In this document: in pieces, positions 58,545-64,000 of the stretch | How positions within the stretch are numbered: the stretch's first letter is position 1 | Layout of the letters: the number at the start of each line of letters is the position of its first letter | DNA from: Chrysemys picta bellii | Lineage: Eukaryota | DNA length: 64,000 nucleotides | Reading direction: 5' to 3' | NCBI RefSeq assembly: GCF_011386835.1 | Contig: NC_088791.1 | Location: 132,184,001-132,248,000, forward strand | Program-made: the position numbers and the translations under genes | The notes under the pieces: model-generated | Database searches by the model: none | Seen by the model: the letters and a program-made list of their open reading frames with translations, nothing else | Told to the model about the DNA's origin: nothing

Positions 58545-61500
58545 GGAGCAGCAGTGGCTCGGTCCCTGGGCAAGTATGGTGCCATGAAGGGACATGAAAC
58601 ATCTGCAGCAATTGGGAGTGTGGGTGACTGAATCAAAGAGGAGGGTGGAACACATTCCTGGGATGACAGGCAATGTTTGGGGTCACAGAGTGGTGGGAGC
58701 CAAGGAGCAGTGTGCTGGGACATGGATCAGTCTGGAATCTCAGACCTGGCAGGTGATGAAATGACAGGGTCAATTTTCCTGTTTGTTTTGGTTTGTTCCT
58801 TTTTAAATTATTTTATTTTGAAGTGAAGGTAAAAATGCCAAGCGGTAATTTGGCTCTGGGTCACACCTGCAGCTTATAAGATTGTGGCACACAACTTGCA
58901 GCCTACTGGTGACGCCTCAGTTTTGCACAATTTAAGTTCTCCTCTCTGTACCTATATTAAGTTTGTAGCCCTTACAGTTGTGAAGAATGACTTCAGAATG
59001 TGACCCAACCTAGTGCTAATAACTGCCTGCATCTGCAGGCAAATAAGCGGGAAACCACTCCAAGAGATGCTCTGCTCCTCTGTTTAGGGTGCTAACATTG
59101 AAGACTCACCATGAAACATTTAAATTGTAATATATTTGACCGTTTTACTGCTAGTTATTTTAGCAAAAGTATCAAGCTGATGTGTTTATCCAGTGTGGCT
59201 GGATATCCTAGAAATTAGGAATAGAGAAGACGTATGAGTTCTGTGATGTGCTTATTATTTCTGTAATTGACTCCATGGCTTCACAATATCTCCAGAAGGG
59301 TGGAGTACTGGTGAGAGCCAATGGAGGGTCTGGGGGGCAGGAGAATAAAGAACTCCTGTGTGTGCTAAAGCTCCGGAGCAGATCCAGGAGTCTGAGCAGT
59401 TGCTGGCCAAGAAAGCTTGTGAAAGGCTCATTCTATAGCTAGCTCGGCAAAACTTGCCACTCTCTAAGGGATCAGAACTCTTTGGGAACTTGAAGCCACT
59501 TCTGGACTCTCAACAGATGACAAAATATTATTTAAATGTATTTTGAAATATTAAACTCTGACGGGAGCAGGGAACTTGCTTGCAACTCCTGGAGGAGCAG
59601 GGACCTTTGTTTCCCGCTGCTCGAGGAAGTGGAGGAACTTTGTGGAGTGGATGCCTTTCTTTGAAGCTGCAGGGGATCTAAGGCTTTTGCTTGCAACTGC
59701 AAGTATTTTCCATGGACAACTTCAGACCAATGGGTTTTTGGTTTTGACTTCCCAACAAATGCTCCAGAAATCTGACAGAGAGTCAGACAGATGCTGGATG
59801 GATCCAGAAATTCCAGGACTCATTTGCTCTACGTACTTTCAAAGGGCATACATGCTTTTCAATTTGCAGACTCAAAGATTAAGCCAAAGTTCAGCTAAAG
59901 TTGACTGACTTTTAATGGTCTGATCTTTTCACATCCAAATTTTATGAAGGAAACATACTGAACTTTGGTAAATGCCTGCTGCATGGCTGATCTGGCAGCG
60001 CTCTAGAATTCAGTGATGGGGGCTGCAATTTGGGGTAGTTCCAGTGAATGGAACTTTTCTGTTAAATCAAATCAAAACACTGCAGCCAATTATTGGACTT
60101 AAGCCAGCAACTCCTAATGCTTGAGACCAACTCAAAGGAAAACCCTGGCATCGCGAATTTGGTCTCAGAGAAGCAATGGCACTTTCCTCACTGAAAACTC
60201 CTTCCCCTGCAGTCCTCCGAGCATATGTTGTCCTTCTATGTGCTTTGTACGGTGCTGTGTACATTTAACAGTGCTCTATAAATTAAAAATAACTGTGTGC
60301 ATTTATTTCTGATTAAAATCTTTATGTAAACTTATTTAAAATTGTATGCAGATTCGGTGTAGTCTTAGGGCTCAGGGCCCATTGCCAGAGCTGCTAAGGT
60401 TGTTCACCACTCTTACGAAGACACTGTAATCAGTGTCTTTCGAATTTCCTTTGTGCCCCATACTAGATTTATTTCCCCTGTTCATTGCCACACAGCTGAA
60501 ATCATTAGCTTCCCCACATCCTGTCCTTCCCATAGTGATATAGCTGTCGAAGGGTGATCTGGGCACTGCCATTTCTTTGCTCATGTAGCGGTTACAGTAT
60601 ATGTTCCTCTTCCAGCAGGACTTTAATCTGTACCGGGGGCACAGAGCCTCATAAGCAGAATGCAGGAGAGAGAGGTATGTGTAAATTTAAGAGGTCGCTG
60701 AGAGCTGGAAAGCCTGCTCCCAAACTGCTGGATATATGGACTCTTGCAGACAGGAGTGAAGCCTGTCTCCTCCCTAGTAGCTTCTTTACAATTTGTCTCC
60801 TCTCTCTGGATCATATTTAGCTACTATTGGAAAAACCTTGGTAAATTTTCTCATTTAAACAGAAATTCCATGGAGATTGTCTAATGTTCTGGCCATACCC
60901 CATCCCAGGTATCGGTTCCTATCAGGTGCCTAGGTCCTCCTGTCAGTTTAATGGTGCTTTTTAGAATACTCTAGCTTCCTATTGTGCGACTGGTGCTTAG
61001 AAACCACAGTGATACCAAGGCACCTTAGAAGTACCTAAAACAGATTGATTAATGGATTAATAATGTCTCTGAAATAAAATCTCTCTTTCCAATACTTTCT
61101 GCTTTCCCATCTTTTTTTCCCCCCCTCTGAGTGAGATCTTGAACTCCCCAGTTTCATGGCCCCAGTAGGGACCAGATTTGGAAATGAATGGGTGTGACCT
61201 CTTCACAGCGAGATGGGTTTTGTCTAGCACAGCTGCCACGTAACCCATATAAAAACCTGGAGATGATGGGAATTCTTAGGATTTGTCTTCAGTTTCATCT
61301 AATCTATCTGTGTGAATCTAAGATAAAAGCCCAGAGCATGAAACAACCTACTCACTCCCTTACAGGAGTGGCCGAGTGGTGTAATCTCATTCTAGAATAA
61401 TCCACTGTGAGATGAACGTGGCTACAGCAGAGCTGAGGTCTGGGTAGGAGGGGTTATTCCTACAGTCCTGGCAGCTTGGTGGTTTGTGATCTGTTCTGTA

Positions 61501-64000
61501 ATTCCTCCTTAGAATAGCAAATGTGACAGAGAGTGCTACAGCGAAGGCTGAAATGCAATTTCCATTATAACCCCATCTCTCATTATAGCTCATAACTTTG
61601 GCAAATTCCTTTTGGGCTGAAATTTTCTATGCTTGGTCTCAGGAGCCATCAATGAGGTGTGTGCATATAAAAAACAAACCAACCCACCCCAATGGAACAC
61701 ACTGAGCCAGATGAATAGCTTCCCCTTTGCACCAACTAGGCTAGCCCAAAGGGGGCTGTAAGGCAGCAATAAACCACACCCAGTGAATATGCCCAGTGCA
61801 TGGGGGTTCTGTGCCTCCTCTGCAGGAGTCCTTCTCCCTCCAGAGTAGAAGGCATCCAGGATGTGTCAGGGCATGTAAGAGGCAGAATGGAGGAGAGATG
61901 GAGCAGATCGAAGGCAGAGGGAGATGTAGCCAGGGGAAACTGGCCCTTTTCCCTGCTGTCACAAACCCTATAGGGACTTTTTTTTAAAAACAAAACACTG
62001 AAACAAGAAACTGCACACGCTTCTCCCTCTGGGGAGAGGATGAAGAACAAACACATGACATGTATTAGTCACACTGCTTAATGCATTGCTGGAAGGTGCT
62101 CAGATAACACAATGATGAGTGTGGCATAACAACCTGAATAGAACAGAAGTGCAAATTGGAGCTGCCCTAGCTTACGCTGTGGGGCCTTTTTAAATTGTGT
62201 AAATAAAAGTACAGAGGGATTAAGTCACACAATCTGGACTCTTAGGATCAGACCTAGTCAACTAGATCACAGTGCTAGTGCACCCCCATGGGCCAATGCA
62301 GGCAGTCATCAGTTACAGCAGCCCAAACTGGCCCCGGGGATCAAAAGTGTGTAAAGGGGGTTCACAGTCACCTTTGCCCCTACCCCCTTGGATCCTGTGC
62401 AAAGCACAGCTCAGCGAGACCAGAGGGGCTGGCTCAATGTGTTCCATGGACCCAGGGCATGTCACTAAATCTCGGTTTTAGCCATCCCATGGCAATTCTG
62501 TGCTTCGCACACCACATAGGGCCCAGTGTCTGAAGCCACAAACGCAGAGCTGGTCAACCTCTCATCAGTCACTTCCTTCATTTTGTGCAACAGCGTGGAA
62601 GCAGAATGTTATTTATAGAAACTGTGCATGCACTGTGTAGCATCTGACTGGGGATGATGCTGCCGCACTGAGCCTTGCTTCCTGTCCAGGTTTCCTCCCA
62701 CAAACTTGTCCCATTGGTTCCCCTGAAACATACAGTGTAAGTGGTCTAACCACAGGTACCCTTTTGCGTGTCATGCTTAGGAACTACCTTCCCACATGCC
62801 TCCTGAAGTCAATGAGTGACAGTTAAACAAATGTCAGTTTTGCATTGAGCTAAATAAGCTCCAGGGTACCTCTGTGAATCATTTGTCAGATGGGAAAACT
62901 GAGACACAGGGCCACACCCTGGGGCCCAGTACAGCTTGTTTGCTGCACTTCAACAGGGCAAAGCAGGCCAGCTTTAAGGGCAACTAAAAGGTCAACTGAG
63001 GATTCCCCTGCTGTAGAGGGATCTCCAGGTGGCATAGAACCAGTGTTGGGAGCATGAGGGCACTATCAGAACATGTTATGCCCCCATTGGCCAATGCAGG
63101 CAGTTATCAATTACAGCAGCTCAAAGTGGCCTCAGGGATCAAGAGCACGTAGAAGGGATTCACAGCCACCTTTGCCCCTACCCTAATTTAATAATGTGCC
63201 AGATCCTCTGGTTGGAAGTCTGGCTGAACTGGAGAGACTACCTGCAGGCAAGGGGATTGTAGAGGTGATGTAAGCCTTTCCCCGACAGCTCCTGCATAGA
63301 GGGGGGTGGGCTGGAAGGCATAGCCTCAGGGAAGAGGATGTGGCCACAGTGCTGCTGCACTCCGGCTATTGGCTGCTATTTTAGTTCCTGAAAGGCTGGT
63401 GCAGCACAGCACTGCATAAATTAGAGAAGCCCTGAGGCTGCTCTACCTTATACTGGGAGCCATGCAGATGCCTGGAAGAAATGAGAATAGAGGGAGATGC
63501 AAAGGTGACTGAAAACAGTTTTACACACATACATACACACACTCACACAGACACCCCTCTCCCCCATTAGGGTTGCTAATTTTGGTTGGATGTATTCCTG
63601 GAGATTTCATCACATGACATAATCTTTAATTAAAGATTAATCTTTAATTCCTGGAGACTCCAGACCAATCCTGGAGGGTTGGCAATGCTAACCCCCACCC
63701 ACTTCTGCATCGAGTGTATCTCAACTGAAATGGAGAATTGAGCCCAAAGCATGTACACTATATAAGTGTAGTAGACCATTATTACAGCAAGGCAGTAGCA
63801 GAGGTAAGCATAGAATTCAGTTTGGGGCTTCCAGCTCTACATCCACTCCTCTGTCAATATTACACATATTGGCATAATGAAATCTTGGTAATGTTTGCTT
63901 GGTTTTTAGGGCTTGATTTGTAATGACTGGTACCTAATACTATATGAAGATGATTTGAGTGCGCAAATATCATAAATCCATTATGAGCTATATGAGCAAG

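Noticed and set aside
62283-63185. Two ~100-bp similar segments (~62285-62385 and ~63085-63185)
   Set aside because: They carry many mismatches and are consistent with two old copies of a dispersed repeat rather than a functional array.
1-64000. tRNA, rRNA, CRISPR or other prokaryote-type features
   Set aside because: None seen. The tRNA-like sequences are SINE heads, and the window is eukaryotic intron-rich DNA.

Overview
Vertebrate genomic DNA, almost certainly from a turtle (tRNA-derived Cry-type SINEs, turtle-type CR1 3' tails, GC-rich hAT and Harbinger MITEs). It is intron-rich, so the ORF track shows only exon fragments; I rebuilt gene models by hand from splice sites and exon phase. 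Left to right: (1) the last two coding exons of a TCAF (M60-like peptidase) gene on +, with an intact HELGH...E motif; (2) a decayed SCAN-KRAB paralogue on - (about 7.3-13.9 kb), broken by stops, a lost acceptor, a solo LTR and DNA transposons; (3) a head-to-head promoter region at about 20.7-21.0 kb; (4) a + strand SCAN-KRAB-A-KRAB-B gene (24.2-26.3 kb) whose KRAB-A exon is 4 nt short and which has no nearby finger exon; (5) a - strand 5-finger C2H2 gene that starts in a truncated KRAB-B exon and, unusually, splices out of its finger exon into an extra exon encoding an unrecognised Gln/Leu-rich helical domain (357 aa predicted); (6) a - strand five-exon TIPARP-like CCCH-WWE-WWE-PARP gene (452 aa from ATG 46905) whose catalytic His is replaced by Phe (triad F-Y-V, resembling inactive ZAP/PARP13 Y-Y-V), with a consensus NF-kB site just upstream of a candidate first exon; (7) remnants of a TRIM69/XNF7-type TRIM pseudogene directly upstream of it on the same strand; (8) a + strand 9-finger C2H2 terminal exon (57.5-58.5 kb). 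The best candidates for something new are the ZAP-convergent TIPARP paralogue beside a TRIM remnant, and the zinc-finger gene with the post-finger exon. No database searches were run; family assignments come from motif recognition.
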